Of a stretch of 64,000 bases of DNA, positions 46,766 to 57,522 are shown one piece after another (position 1 is the stretch's first letter; every line of letters starts with the position of its first letter). Origin of the DNA: Blautia sp. (GTDB taxonomy: Bacteria; Bacillota; Clostridia; Lachnospirales; Lachnospiraceae); contig JBKXQO010000001.1 of the NCBI GenBank assembly GCA_047014865.1, positions 4,089-68,088 on the forward strand. The letters run 5' to 3'. The notes beneath the pieces are model-generated. The model was not told the DNA's origin. It ran no database searches and saw only the letters and a list, made by a program, of their open reading frames with translations. The position numbers and the translations under genes are program-made.

Positions 46766-48115
46766 CTAGATTACCTGGTGATTCAGCCATCTGCGGCTTC
46801 GAAAACGGAAAGTGAAGATCACGCAGCGCACCGTCCAATCTGTGAACATACCAATCCATACGGCCATGGGGCCCATACCGAAGACTCTGGCCAAGAGAAT
46901 CGCTAAGGTGACACGGCAAAACCACATGGAGAGCACCGACACGCCCATGGTGAATTTCACATCTCCTGCCGCCCGGAAACCATAGGCCGGTATAAAAGAC
47001 ATAACCCAGACCAGCGGCTTCACAACCGTGATACAAGTCACCATGAAGATACACAGCCTCGCGCTCTCTGGCTCCATCCCCCCGAAGTGGGTGATGGGCC
47101 GGACAAGTCCATAAAAGACCAGGCAAGAGATAATAATTACAATCTCAGAGATCACACAGAGTTTCTTCAGGTAGTAGACAGCCTCTTCCCGTCCCCCTGC
47201 TCCCAGAGTCTCTCCCACAATGGTCATCAGTCCAATGCCGATGCCAATCCCCAGAATTCCATTCATGTTCTCAATAATATTGGTCATACCCTGAGCTGCG
47301 ATGGCGGCCGTTCCCATCAGAGACACCGTGGACTGAATAGCCAATTTTCCAAACTGAAACATACTGTTCTCCACCCCAGACGGGATCCCGATATGTAAAA
47401 TTCTCCTGATCTCTCCCCAGTTTGGACGAATGGACAGATAATCTCTCATCACGATATCTAAGCTGGGTTTTCGCAGCTTACACAGGACAACCCCCATGGC
47501 AAAAATCCTCGCCAGCAAAGTGGCAAATGCAGAACCAGCCACTCCCTGGTGAAATACCCAGACAAACAAGAGATTAAGAACAATATTCAGCACATTGGCT
47601 GCGGCTGAGATCAACATCGGAAGTCTGCTGTTCTCCTGACTTCGAAGTATACTGGACCCATCATCATAGAGAGCTATGAACGGATACGAAATGGCTGAAA
47701 AAAAGAAATAGTCTTTGGCGTTCTCCATCACGCTGCTCTCCACCTCACCAAAGATTAAACTTAAAATCGGACCGTTAAACAACAAACCGGCCATCATAAT
47801 AATCACCGAGAGAATGAGCGTCACGAACACCAACTGCTTAGCTGCGTCTGTGGCGTGATCTTTCTTTCCGCATCCGAGATAGTGGGAACACACCACAGTT
47901 CCCCCGGAGGCCAGGGCAAAAAAGGCTTGGACGATAAGAATATTGATCGAGTCCACCAAGGAAACTGCCGAGATCGCCGCCGATCCCAGATTACTGACCA
48001 CCAGCGTATCCACCGTTCCCATAAATGAGTTCAGAAGCTGGTCAACCGAAAGCGGCACTAAAAGCGCCGCCAATTTTTTATTATCAAATAAACGTTGCTG
48101 CCTTTCTTCTTCCAT
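46766..48115 (-). CDS. MATE family efflux transporter
   Basis: ~450 aa, 12 TM, VDTLVVS.LG..AISAV, RAAGDV. Confidence 0.9.
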   Translation of the reverse strand: MEEERQQRLFDNKKLAALLVPLSVDQLLNSFMGTVDTLVVSNLGSAAISAVSLVDSINILIVQAFFALASGGTVVCSHYLGCGKKDHATDAAKQLVFVTLILSVIIMMAGLLFNGPILSLIFGEVESSVMENAKDYFFFSAISYPFIALYDDGSSILRSQENSRLPMLISAAANVLNIVLNLLFVWVFHQGVAGSAFATLLARIFAMGVVLCKLRKPSLDIVMRDYLSIRPNWGEIRRILHIGIPSGVENSMFQFGKLAIQSTVSLMGTAAIAAQGMTNIIENMNGILGIGIGIGLMTIVGETLGAGGREEAVYYLKKLCVISEIVIIISCLVFYGLVRPITHFGGMEPESARLCIFMVTCITVVKPLVWVMSFIPAYGFRAAGDVKFTMGVSVLSMWFCRVTLAILLARVFGMGPMAVWIGMFTDWTVRCVIFTFRFRSRRWLNHQVI

Positions 48116-48478
48116 ACAAAATTTTACGCTTTCTCTATATTTGCAGCCAAAGCGGATATTCTCAATCCACTCCGCTCTTGCTCACGACTCAATTAAGAAT
48201 ACACCTGTAAATACGTTTTTGCAATGCCCTTTCCACTTTAAGACCTTTTTCACTCCTTTACCGATTCTGTGAGATTTTTAAAATTATCTCTGATAATCGC
48301 CACAGACACGGAAACATAGAAATAAAATGCTGAAAAACCGTCTTCTATTTTGCCTAAAAGCTTCCTTCATTGTCCCCGGTGGGATCATACAAAATCTTTT
48401 ATTATGTGGATACCCACTCATATTTGCCAGCATACAGAATACCTTTTATTAACATCCCTTTTCTATCAAGGAGCATTT

Positions 48479-49468
48479 ATGTGTACAGCCGTCTTTCTAC
48501 AGACTCCAACTAGCGTCCCGTACTTCGGACGTACAATGGACTTCTCTTATCCTCTGGATCCTGAAATCTATTTCTGTCCCGCCGGTTATAAATGGCAAGG
48601 GATTCTCCTGGGAGAGGAATTTCAGACTACTCACCGGTTCATGGGGATCGGACAAAACCTCTCGCCAGTCACTTTCGCGGAAGGTGTCAATGAGAGAGGA
48701 TTTGCAGTGGCTTCCCTCTACTTTCCTGGATATGCCCACTACGACATGCCAGACTCCACGGATTCCACCTCCGTGACATCCACCGGCCTACTCACCTATC
48801 TACTGGGAACCTGCGCCTGTGTGGATCACGCCGCATCCATCCTGCCCGCTCTTCATATCGTCGGCGTCGAAGACGCCGTCACCCACACAGTAGCGCCTCT
48901 CCATTGGATCATGGCTGACTCCAGCGGCGCCTGCATGGTCATCGAAAAAGACGCCCAGGGACTGCATCTCATTGACAATCCCATCGGCGTCTTGTCCAAC
49001 AGTCCAGATTTTACCTGGCACATGACTAACCTCCGCAACTATGCATGCGTCACCCCACAACAGGAAGCGCAAGTCACCTGGGACGGTGTGACCCTCACCC
49101 CCTTCGGACAGGGCGCCGGGACACTCCATCTGCCAGGGGACTACACACCCCCCTCCCGCTTTGTGCGTACCGCTTATATGAAATGTCACACACTCTTGCC
49201 CAGAGAAGACAACGAAGCCGTGCCCTCCTGTTTCCATATCTTGGAGAGCGTCAGCATCCCAAAAGGCTGTGTCATGACCAGCCGCCAAACTCCCGACTAC
49301 ACACAGTACACAAGCTTTATCAATCTGGCTTCCCAGGAATATTTCTTCCGAACCTACAGAAACAGCCAAATCACCGCCGTCCCTATGCCCAGTGCCAAAC
49401 CGGATACAGCCGGGCTTCTGTCCCTGGGCAAGTTAAACCACGCCGTCTCTTTCCGAAGACTTTCCTGA
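48479..49468 (+). CDS. Linear amide C-N hydrolase (choloylglycine hydrolase/penicillin V acylase family)
   Basis: Start MCTA (Cys2 nucleophile), GRTMDF, GVNERG, NSPDF.WH.TNL.NY, LPGD.TPPSRF. Confidence 0.88.
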   Translation: MCTAVFLQTPTSVPYFGRTMDFSYPLDPEIYFCPAGYKWQGILLGEEFQTTHRFMGIGQNLSPVTFAEGVNERGFAVASLYFPGYAHYDMPDSTDSTSVTSTGLLTYLLGTCACVDHAASILPALHIVGVEDAVTHTVAPLHWIMADSSGACMVIEKDAQGLHLIDNPIGVLSNSPDFTWHMTNLRNYACVTPQQEAQVTWDGVTLTPFGQGAGTLHLPGDYTPPSRFVRTAYMKCHTLLPREDNEAVPSCFHILESVSIPKGCVMTSRQTPDYTQYTSFINLASQEYFFRTYRNSQITAVPMPSAKPDTAGLLSLGKLNHAVSFRRLS

Positions 49469-49545
49469 TCCCGTTCTCTCGTGCCCAATAACACGCGAGA
49501 TACTCTACTCTCCTGTGGAACTTCCCCTGTTGGAGAAGAGAAATT

Positions 49546-50037
49546 CTAGATCTCTGCCTCAGAAGTCTCACCCATCGCTCTGCGCAGCTCCTCCACCATA
49601 CTATCCGGCAACTGCGTCTTCCTGGCCACCTCTAAGACCGTCATGCCACAAGCCAGGAACCTACGGGCGACGAACTCCATGGCCTCCCCCACCTCGATGA
49701 TATGTCCATCCGGGTCGTAGATACGCACCACTCTCTGCCCCCAGTGGTATTCCGTCACCGGATTGACATATCGAATTGGATAACTGCTGTCTCCCAATTT
49801 CCTCAAAAAACCATCCAAATCATTTTCCTCAAAGTATAACTCCGCATCCCTGGCGGCACTCCCTACCTTCTCACCGATGAACCGTTCCCACAGCTTCTTC
49901 TCCTGTAGAGCCAGACCTTCTGTGAGAACCACATTCTCCCCAAAATCCAACACTACCTCCAACCCAAACAGCTCTCGGTAAAATTGTTTCGAGCGCTCCA
50001 TATCCTGGACAACCAACAAAATATTTTTTAGGCGCAT
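49546..50037 (-). CDS. VOC/glyoxalase family protein
   Basis: SKQFYRELFGL, WGQRVVRIYDPDGHIIEV. Confidence 0.88.
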   Translation of the reverse strand: MRLKNILLVVQDMERSKQFYRELFGLEVVLDFGENVVLTEGLALQEKKLWERFIGEKVGSAARDAELYFEENDLDGFLRKLGDSSYPIRYVNPVTEYHWGQRVVRIYDPDGHIIEVGEAMEFVARRFLACGMTVLEVARKTQLPDSMVEELRRAMGETSEAEI

Positions 50038-50052
50038 ACCTCTCCCTCCTCT

Positions 50053-50586
50053 CTACAAAGCCGTGCCCTTTTTGGGACAGTAAAACCTCCCCACATCCAC
50101 CCCTTCTAAGGTGAGCAGATTCATTTTTTTCTCCACCCCGCCGGCATACCCAGTCAAACTTCCGTCGGAACCAACCACCCTGTGGCAGGGTATCAGAATC
50201 GATATCTTATTGTGCCCCACCGCACCTCCCACTGCCTGAGCTGACATATGGGAAAGTCCCTTTTTCCTGGCCAATAGCTGCGCAATCTCCCCGTAAGTTA
50301 TTGTCTCTCCATAAGGGATTGCCCGAAGGATTTCCCAGACTTCCCTCTGAAACGGAGTTCCCACAAGGTGTAAATCCGGATAGAAATCTGGTTCCTGTCC
50401 TGAGAAATACACATCTAGCCAACGTTTTGCCTCATACAGGACTGGCACTTCCCTTTCTCCGGCCTCCTCCCCAAGCCCATTCCCATAGTATTTTTGTCCC
50501 TCGAACCAGGCGCCCATTAACCCCTTCTCGTCCCCAGCCAGAAGAATCCTCCCCATAGGAGAGTGATAAATTGTCGTATCTTGCAT
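50053..50586 (-). CDS. ogt: Methylated-DNA-protein-cysteine methyltransferase
   Basis: GTPFQ..VW, IPYGET.TYG, IPCHRV active site. Confidence 0.92.
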   Translation of the reverse strand: MQDTTIYHSPMGRILLAGDEKGLMGAWFEGQKYYGNGLGEEAGEREVPVLYEAKRWLDVYFSGQEPDFYPDLHLVGTPFQREVWEILRAIPYGETITYGEIAQLLARKKGLSHMSAQAVGGAVGHNKISILIPCHRVVGSDGSLTGYAGGVEKKMNLLTLEGVDVGRFYCPKKGTAL

Positions 50587-50642
50587 CCCATTTCCTCCTC
50601 ATCAAACGCCAATCATCTGTACAAGTTTTCTAGCCATGCCAC

Positions 50643-51509
50643 TTAATTTTGTAATACTGCCATAGCCACAGTTCCAACTACAAGCAAAAAAAGTCCTATC
50701 CCCTCTTTCTTCGCCAGCTTCTCCCCAAACACAAAATAGGAGAATACCACGGTAAACAGTACGCTCAATTTGTCGATAGGAGCTACCACGCTGGCCGGCC
50801 CCGCGCTGAGCGCCTGGTAGTAGCAAAGCCACGACGCCCCTGTGGCAATTCCGGAACAACCAATGTACGCCACTTCTTTTCCGGAGATATCGCCAACCGT
50901 GCTTCCCTTTCCACTGACGAGAACCATAAGCCATGCCATCACCAGAACGACAGCCGTTCGGATTGCCGTCCCCAAATTAGAGTCCACTCCTGAGATTCCA
51001 ATCTTTCCTAAAATAGCTGTAAGGCTGGCAAAAAAAGCGGAACCAAGCGCATACAAGAACCAGCCCTTCTCCTGGCCTTGACGCGCCGAATCTTTCTTTT
51101 CCACCATCAGCATGATCCCCACCGTTATCACAATTATCGCCAATATTTTTCCGAAATTCAACCCCTCTTGCAGAAAAACAAGCGCCAGTAAGATCGTCAG
51201 CACCGTGCTTGATTTGTCCACTGGGACTACTTTATTGATATCCCCTATCTGAAGCGCCCGAAAATAGCAGAGCCAGGATGCCCCTGTGGCAAGACCGGAA
51301 AGACACAAAAAAAGCATAGTTTTCCCGTCTATTTTCGAAAAACCATGCCATGAACCAGTTAAAAAGACAATAAACCAGGCAAAAATCAGAATCACGACTG
51401 TACGAATTGCCGTCGCCACATACGAGTCTGTTTTTTTTATCCCGCATTTGGCCAAGACGGAGGTCACTCCGGCAAAAAAAGCAGAACCCACCGCATAAAA
51501 AATCCACAT
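50643..51509 (-). CDS. EamA/DMT family transporter
   Basis: Two homologous halves (ATAIRT...ATGASWLCY..AL...V.P.DK). Confidence 0.9.
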   Translation of the reverse strand: MWIFYAVGSAFFAGVTSVLAKCGIKKTDSYVATAIRTVVILIFAWFIVFLTGSWHGFSKIDGKTMLFLCLSGLATGASWLCYFRALQIGDINKVVPVDKSSTVLTILLALVFLQEGLNFGKILAIIVITVGIMLMVEKKDSARQGQEKGWFLYALGSAFFASLTAILGKIGISGVDSNLGTAIRTAVVLVMAWLMVLVSGKGSTVGDISGKEVAYIGCSGIATGASWLCYYQALSAGPASVVAPIDKLSVLFTVVFSYFVFGEKLAKKEGIGLFLLVVGTVAMAVLQN

Positions 51510-51527
51510 TTCACATCCCCTCTTTTC

Positions 51528-52226
51528 TCATCCATTTAGACGATATCCTGCCCCCCAGACAGTTTCTATAATTTTCGGATTCCTGGAGTCGTCTTCTATC
51601 TTTTCCCGCAACCGGTTCACATGTACAGAGACGGTCGCCGCATCCGACACATAGTCGTATCCCCAAATTCTCTCAAACAATGTCTCCTTAGAAAATACAA
51701 TATTCGGATTCTCCGCCAAAAAACGCAACAACTCAAATTCTCTGTTTGGAAGCTTCAACTCTGTTTCACCCTTCCAGACCTTCCAGGTCTTCGGCTCAAT
51801 CACCAAATCCTGGATACGAATCCTCTCTGCAGCCGCCTCCTCCTTATCCCGTTCTTTTGTGAGCCGGGCATAGCGCTTTAAGTGAGAGCGCACCCTCGCC
51901 ACCAGTTGAGATGGGTCAAAGGGCTTTGTGATATAGTCGTCCGCCCCAAGGCCAAGGCCACGTATCACATCCACCCCCTCCGTTCTTGCAGTCACCATCA
52001 GAATAGGGATATCAATCTCATCCCTTATCTGACGGCAAATATCGTATCCACTACATCCTGGAAGCATAATATCCAACAGAAGCAGGTCGTATTCCCTCCT
52101 CCGCAATTCTGAAATCACCTTGCCGCCATCTGCGATCCAAACGGTCTCATACCCGTTACTCTCCAGATAATCACACTCCAACTGTGCAATTTTCTCATCA
52201 TCCTCCACAATCAAAATCTTTGACAT
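51528..52226 (-). CDS. OmpR-family response regulator
   Basis: IVEDD, LLDIMLPG, GADDYITKPF, IETVWGAGY. Confidence 0.93.
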   Translation of the reverse strand: MSKILIVEDDEKIAQLECDYLESNGYETVWIADGGKVISELRRREYDLLLLDIMLPGCSGYDICRQIRDEIDIPILMVTARTEGVDVIRGLGLGADDYITKPFDPSQLVARVRSHLKRYARLTKERDKEEAAAERIRIQDLVIEPKTWKVWKGETELKLPNREFELLRFLAENPNIVFSKETLFERIWGYDYVSDAATVSVHVNRLREKIEDDSRNPKIIETVWGAGYRLNG

Positions 52227-52231
52227 AGACT

Positions 52232-53650
52232 TTATTCCTCCTCTGCAACGGGAAATGTGAGTATCAATTTTAATCCGCCGTCATTTTCCGCCTGAATACT
52301 GCCGCCATGCCGCTCCATAATATACTCTACCACATAGAGCCCTACGCCGCTACCTTTTTGATTTCTCGCGTCGTCACATCGGTAAAACCGTTCAAAAATT
52401 TTGCCCAGTTTCTCGTCCGGCACTCCCGGCCCGTTATCTTTCCACTCCAGTTGAACAGCGTCCCCAGTATGAGAAATCCCTATCTCAATCTTCACCGGGC
52501 AGACGTTCGTATACTTCATACTGTTCTCTAACAGATTATCAAAAACGCGCCGGTATTGCTCTACATCCACCAGAATCTCCGGTATCTCTTCTCTCTGAAA
52601 ACGGAACTTTACCTTCTCCTCACCAAACAAGGTCTCTTTTTGCGCCACACAGGAGTCCGTCAATTCCGCCAAATCCACTTTCACCATACAGAAAGGCATT
52701 TGTCCACTTTCCAATCTTGAGAAATCAAACAATTTCTGCAGCAATCGGTTCATATCCTCTGTGGATTCATAGGCGGTCCTCAGGTACAACATTCTTTTCT
52801 CCCGGGTGTTTGCCACCCCGTCTATAATCCCTTTGATATATCCCTGTATGGAAGTAAGCGGCGTCCGCAGGTCATGGGAGATTCCGGTCACCATATCGGT
52901 TCGCGCTTTTTCCGTTTTCACTCTCTCCTCCTGGTCCTCCAAAATAGTCTTTTGCATAGAATTAAAGGTCTGACACAGGTTCTCAAACTCTTCCTCACCT
53001 TGGTACCGAATCTCCTCTCTCAAGTTGCCGCTCTTGATCCTCTCTGCTCCTCTCACCAGTTCCCCCAACGGTTCCATGACAACCCGGTTCATCCGCCTTG
53101 TAAAATAAGAGGAAAGGGCTAGCAATATGATAATCGTTCCGACGCCACTGAAAAATAGCACTAGAAGAAGCGGACGGTAAGAGTGCATCAAAGACGCCTT
53201 TAGCCAGTCCCCTTGCGCAAAACGCACCGCCACAATACAGATATCTTGCTCTGGAACATATTTCACCACAACTGTGGAATTGCGGAAATAGAAAATATCC
53301 GGCTGGTTTTCCCGCAGATATTCCGTGTCCAGCGACCCGGCCAGCTCCCGCATCTGACCATCGGTACTTCCGGCCTTCACTTGCTCTTTTTGAATCAAGG
53401 CCGCCTCATATCCCATTTTCTCCGCATTCTGTTCCAATTTCTGTATATCCCGTATCTGGGCCTCTTCCACAAGAGCATACACCTGGGAGACTCCACTGTC
53501 CAATTTCGCCTGCTCCATCGTCCAAAACCGTCTCTCTATAGAATCCTCAAACACGATCAACACCAGAAACACAACTGCCAAGAGCGAGAACAAGGATAAA
53601 AATATAACTGCCATATTAGAATGGAACATCCGTTTTTTTAAAGACATCAA
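52232..53650 (-). CDS. Sensor histidine kinase (HAMP, HisKA, HATPase)
   Basis: 2 TM, ISHDLRTPLT, NLLENS, DNGPG, GSGVGL. Confidence 0.93.
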   Translation of the reverse strand: MMSLKKRMFHSNMAVIFLSLFSLLAVVFLVLIVFEDSIERRFWTMEQAKLDSGVSQVYALVEEAQIRDIQKLEQNAEKMGYEAALIQKEQVKAGSTDGQMRELAGSLDTEYLRENQPDIFYFRNSTVVVKYVPEQDICIVAVRFAQGDWLKASLMHSYRPLLLVLFFSGVGTIIILLALSSYFTRRMNRVVMEPLGELVRGAERIKSGNLREEIRYQGEEEFENLCQTFNSMQKTILEDQEERVKTEKARTDMVTGISHDLRTPLTSIQGYIKGIIDGVANTREKRMLYLRTAYESTEDMNRLLQKLFDFSRLESGQMPFCMVKVDLAELTDSCVAQKETLFGEEKVKFRFQREEIPEILVDVEQYRRVFDNLLENSMKYTNVCPVKIEIGISHTGDAVQLEWKDNGPGVPDEKLGKIFERFYRCDDARNQKGSGVGLYVVEYIMERHGGSIQAENDGGLKLILTFPVAEEE

Positions 53651-53693
53651 ACTCCCCCATTTCCACTACTTGCATAAAAACGCCTTGTATCTA

Positions 53694-54239
53694 TCATACC
53701 GTTACTTTACTATTTTTTCCATACCTACTTTCTAATAATCTCATACTTAGACAAACTACACCGGCACTGACGCTCCCTATCACGGCTCCTCCGAGAATAT
53801 CCGTCGGATAATGTACATACAGATACATCCTGGAGAAAGCAATCAATCCGGCTAGAATATACGCCCCAAAACGTCCCTTCTCTCTTCTCAGCCACAACAC
53901 ACCCGCAGCCGCGAAGGAAGCCCCCGTATGTCCAGACGGAAAAGAATAATCTGTCGGGCGGGAAACCAAAAGTTTTACACTAGAATTCACATCACAAGGC
54001 CTCACCCTGGCCACCAGAGGCTTCAATATTCCATTGCAGAGAATCACCTCGATTGCCAGTGCAACTAACATGAAGACTCCCGTTTTTCTGTGCTTTTTGC
54101 TGGCAAGAAGCAAAAATCCTATCACAATCCATACCAGCCCTCCATTTCCCAGCTTAGTGATAAACACCATGATATGATCCAGCCAGACGGTCCGCATCTG
54201 TTGAATCAAATTCAAACCTTGTAATTCTATTGCTGCCAT
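53694..54239 (-). CDS. PAP2 family phosphatase (undecaprenyl-PP phosphatase-like)
   Basis: K...RVRP, SFPSGH, SRMYLYVHYPTD. Confidence 0.9.
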   Translation of the reverse strand: MAAIELQGLNLIQQMRTVWLDHIMVFITKLGNGGLVWIVIGFLLLASKKHRKTGVFMLVALAIEVILCNGILKPLVARVRPCDVNSSVKLLVSRPTDYSFPSGHTGASFAAAGVLWLRREKGRFGAYILAGLIAFSRMYLYVHYPTDILGGAVIGSVSAGVVCLSMRLLESRYGKNSKVTV

Positions 54240-56569
54240 ATTCCCATCTCCATTGTATGTTTTTTCCTTTTTACTCTGCGAAACAGATACTGTATTCCAT
54301 TCAAAACCGCGAGAAGCACTCCGGCTGCCGCCGCCACCAACGCCAGATACATCACCATCTCATAGGTCACCCCGCTTACCCGAAAAAGCCCTGGCAAGAT
54401 CAGAAGCGCCCCAAATATTCCGCCGGCCATAGACACACAGATAAAACCTCTGAGCAAATTAAACGGAATACAGCTTCTGACAACCGCTGTGATAGAGATA
54501 AGAACCAGCGCCAGATACATCACGGTCTGATTCTCAGATACTGTGAAAGGCGACAGTAGGTTCAGCAAGGCAATCACTGCCGTCACAGTCAGTCCAAACG
54601 GCAAAGCTCTGGATACCGCTGTCCCCAGGAAACTTCCCGATAGCCTTCTCGTGTCTGATTCCGCGATGGTGATAAAGGAGGGATAAGCCTCAATAAAAGC
54701 ATCCACCAATGTAATCTGTATCGGAATAAACGGAAAAGGCGTGTTGGTAAGCACACAGAGCACAGATACCAACAGTGAATAAATGGTCTTAATAAAAAAG
54801 ACGCTTGCCGTTCTCGTGACGTTGTTGACCACCTTCCGTCCTTCCATCACAACTTCGGGCAGATGTGTAAAGTCTGAATCCAACAGGACAATCTGCGCCA
54901 ACTGTCTACTGGCGTCGCTCCCGTCCGCCACAGCGATCGAACAGTCCGCCTCCCGAAGCGCCAACAAGTCGTTGACTCCATCCCCTGTCATCGCCACATG
55001 GCGCCCCTGTCGTTGCAATGCCTTTACCAGCTCTTGCTTCTGTTTTGGCGTTGTCCTTGCGAAGACCGAGTATTTCCGGCAGATGGCATCATAATCCAAA
55101 TTATCTTCACATTGGGATAAATCCACCGCTGCCCTCCACTGGGCTAGGCCAGCCCTCTTCGCAATCATTGAGACAGTCTTTACATGATCCCCGGAGATAA
55201 CCTTTACATCCACTCCCTGATCTCTGAAAAATCCCAATGTTTCCTTGGCATTGCGGCGGATCTTATCCTCCAAAACCACAGCGTAAAACATTTGTATCCC
55301 ACTTGGAAGAGCCTCATCATTATTCCATACTTCAGGATAATAGGCAATGGATACCACCCGCCGTCCATGATCCATCTCGTTTTCAAGATCTTCTGTCAGA
55401 CTGCCCATCAACTTCTCCGGAGCGCCGACAAATATAGTACCCGCATCCTCAAAGCTTACGCTTCCCCATTTTCTCTTTGACGAAAATGGAATTTTATACA
55501 CAGGCTGATAAGTTGATTTGGGAGGAAACGCCTTTTTCAGCGCCTCAAACGTGGCGTTATTGTCCTCGCAAGCTTCCATGTAAGCTTGAACCAGTCCTTC
55601 CATCTCATTCTGGGGCAATGCCAGCATCGATACCTTTCTACATACTTTTAATTTCCCGTCCGTGATCGTACCTGTCTTGTCTAGACACAAGGTGTCCACA
55701 TGAGCCAACGTCTCCAAAGAATAGAGATTTTGCACCAAAATCTTCATCTTTGCCAATCGAATAACCCCGGTGGCCAGAGATACTGAGATCAACAATACCA
55801 AACCTTTCGGCAACATTCCTAAAAGAGCGGCTGCCGATGATACCACTGCATCCTTCCCAGACAAATTCCCAGCCAAAAAGGATTCGAGAAAAAGCACCAC
55901 TCCCAACGGAACAATCAAAAAACTGGTGATGTTTGTGATTTTTCTCATAGAACCAAGCAGCTCTGACTGTACCTGTTTTTCTTTTTTTACCGCGTTCACA
56001 AGCCCTGTGGCGTAGTTTTCGCTGCCTACGTGAACCACCTTCGCATCTGCCACGCCAGATATCACAAAACTGCCAGAATATAAATGGTCTCCAGTTTCTT
56101 TTATTACGCCGTCGCTCTCACCGGTGAGAAGAGATTCGTTGACTTCTAAGCTGCCATTTAAGACCTCTGCGTCATTACAGATCTGGTCCCCGCTTTTTAA
56201 AACCAACAGATCTCCTTTCACAATCTCTTCCCTCTCCACCAGGATCTCCTGTCCCTCTCTCCGTACACAGACGGTCGGCCGGTTCAGGAGGGACAACTCA
56301 TCCACCAACTTTTTCGCTTTCAATTCCTGTGCAATTCCGATCAGGATATTTAGCATAATAATTCCAATAAAAAGCATATTCGAATACGCGCCTACTGCCA
56401 GCAGCAACCCGGCAATTATGAAGTTTAATACATTAAATAGCGTAAATGTATTTTCTCTTATAATCTGCAATCTGCTCTTCGTAATCCCTTGGGGTTGGTT
56501 TTCTCCCTCTCCTCTTTCTCGGCGCTCGATTACCTCTTGAACGGAAAGCCCTTCTAATTTTTCATTCAT
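54227..56569 (-). CDS. Cation-transporting P-type ATPase (CtpE-like)
   Basis: LTGES, DKTGT, ISGD, TGDGVND. Confidence 0.92.
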   Translation of the reverse strand: MNEKLEGLSVQEVIERRERGEGENQPQGITKSRLQIIRENTFTLFNVLNFIIAGLLLAVGAYSNMLFIGIIMLNILIGIAQELKAKKLVDELSLLNRPTVCVRREGQEILVEREEIVKGDLLVLKSGDQICNDAEVLNGSLEVNESLLTGESDGVIKETGDHLYSGSFVISGVADAKVVHVGSENYATGLVNAVKKEKQVQSELLGSMRKITNITSFLIVPLGVVLFLESFLAGNLSGKDAVVSSAAALLGMLPKGLVLLISVSLATGVIRLAKMKILVQNLYSLETLAHVDTLCLDKTGTITDGKLKVCRKVSMLALPQNEMEGLVQAYMEACEDNNATFEALKKAFPPKSTYQPVYKIPFSSKRKWGSVSFEDAGTIFVGAPEKLMGSLTEDLENEMDHGRRVVSIAYYPEVWNNDEALPSGIQMFYAVVLEDKIRRNAKETLGFFRDQGVDVKVISGDHVKTVSMIAKRAGLAQWRAAVDLSQCEDNLDYDAICRKYSVFARTTPKQKQELVKALQRQGRHVAMTGDGVNDLLALREADCSIAVADGSDASRQLAQIVLLDSDFTHLPEVVMEGRKVVNNVTRTASVFFIKTIYSLLVSVLCVLTNTPFPFIPIQITLVDAFIEAYPSFITIAESDTRRLSGSFLGTAVSRALPFGLTVTAVIALLNLLSPFTVSENQTVMYLALVLISITAVVRSCIPFNLLRGFICVSMAGGIFGALLILPGLFRVSGVTYEMVMYLALVAAAAGVLLAVLNGIQYLFRRVKRKKHTMEMGIWQQ

Positions 56570-56642
56570 TTTTTGAAAGTCTCCTTACTGTTTTTTACAA
56601 AACCAGATTAACAGCCGTGCCTAAAGATTCCTCTATAAATTG

Positions 56643-56897
56643 TTAAACAGTTTTTAAATTTCTAGTTCGTTCTCCCGGAACTATGTGCTTTCTGTACCTT
56701 CTTCTGGGAAGATTACTCAAAATGGCCAGGGCCAAAACCGAGACGTATAAAATATACTGCAACCACATTGAATGTCCCATAAAGTCCATAAAAGGATTAT
56801 ACCAATCCAGTACTTGAATGATAACTTCCGAGATGCTGCATATCACACAGATGTGCAGAACAATTCCTTTCACCTCATTTAGATAACGCATTTTCAA
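56643..56897 (-). CDS. Small membrane protein
   Basis: Two hydrophobic segments with D.YNPFMDF loop. Confidence 0.6.
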   Translation of the reverse strand: MKMRYLNEVKGIVLHICVICSISEVIIQVLDWYNPFMDFMGHSMWLQYILYVSVLALAILSNLPRRRYRKHIVPGERTRNLKTV

Positions 56898-56957
56898 TCA
56901 CCTCGCATCTTCTCTCAGTTCATGAAGTCCGTCTCAAAAGACAAACTTTATGAACTT

Positions 56958-57470
56958 TTATACAAAACTTGCAATCGCCTGATAAAAATCCAGCCATCGC
57001 TCAGCTACAAAATATTCTTTTTCCTTCCCCATAGGAATTTTAAAGAAATCAGGTTCCCTGACACCCTCCTGCTGCAATGTCACCGCCGTCTTCTCATCAT
57101 CCACCACAATATAGTCCATAGAATTTAAAAAAATTTTCATATAAAAGCCCAAAAAAGGCTTTAAAAATTTCGGAAGGCGGACAGACCTCAAATAATCGTC
57201 TATACTTTCCCTCACACACATAACGCTACTCCCCACCTGCATCCGTCTTAAAAACCTCGCCTCCACGCAGTAAAAAGGAACTATGGAATAATATTGATAA
57301 ACAGCCGTACTGTCTGTCTCCCTAAGACTACTCTTTATTTTTCCCTTCATCCACCTTCTAATCAACGCTATCTGTTCTCTATAATCGTTCGACATAGATG
57401 TTCCCCTTTTCAATGAAAATGTACGAATTCCTATCTCCAACATACCATCACCACCTATTCCAGATTTCAA
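56958..57470 (-). CDS. Hypothetical protein, possibly a degenerate GT4 glycosyltransferase N-domain
   Basis: SVRLPKFLKPF...Y...F..SMDYIV and terminal W..FY resemble GT4 glycolipid synthases (from recall); start uncertain. Confidence 0.4.
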   Translation of the reverse strand: MKSGIGGDGMLEIGIRTFSLKRGTSMSNDYREQIALIRRWMKGKIKSSLRETDSTAVYQYYSIVPFYCVEARFLRRMQVGSSVMCVRESIDDYLRSVRLPKFLKPFLGFYMKIFLNSMDYIVVDDEKTAVTLQQEGVREPDFFKIPMGKEKEYFVAERWLDFYQAIASFV

Positions 57471-57522
57471 TTTATTTCTCCTAAATGATTGTTCTCTAAA
57501 TTCCCCCCAATTTTTCTCTCCT

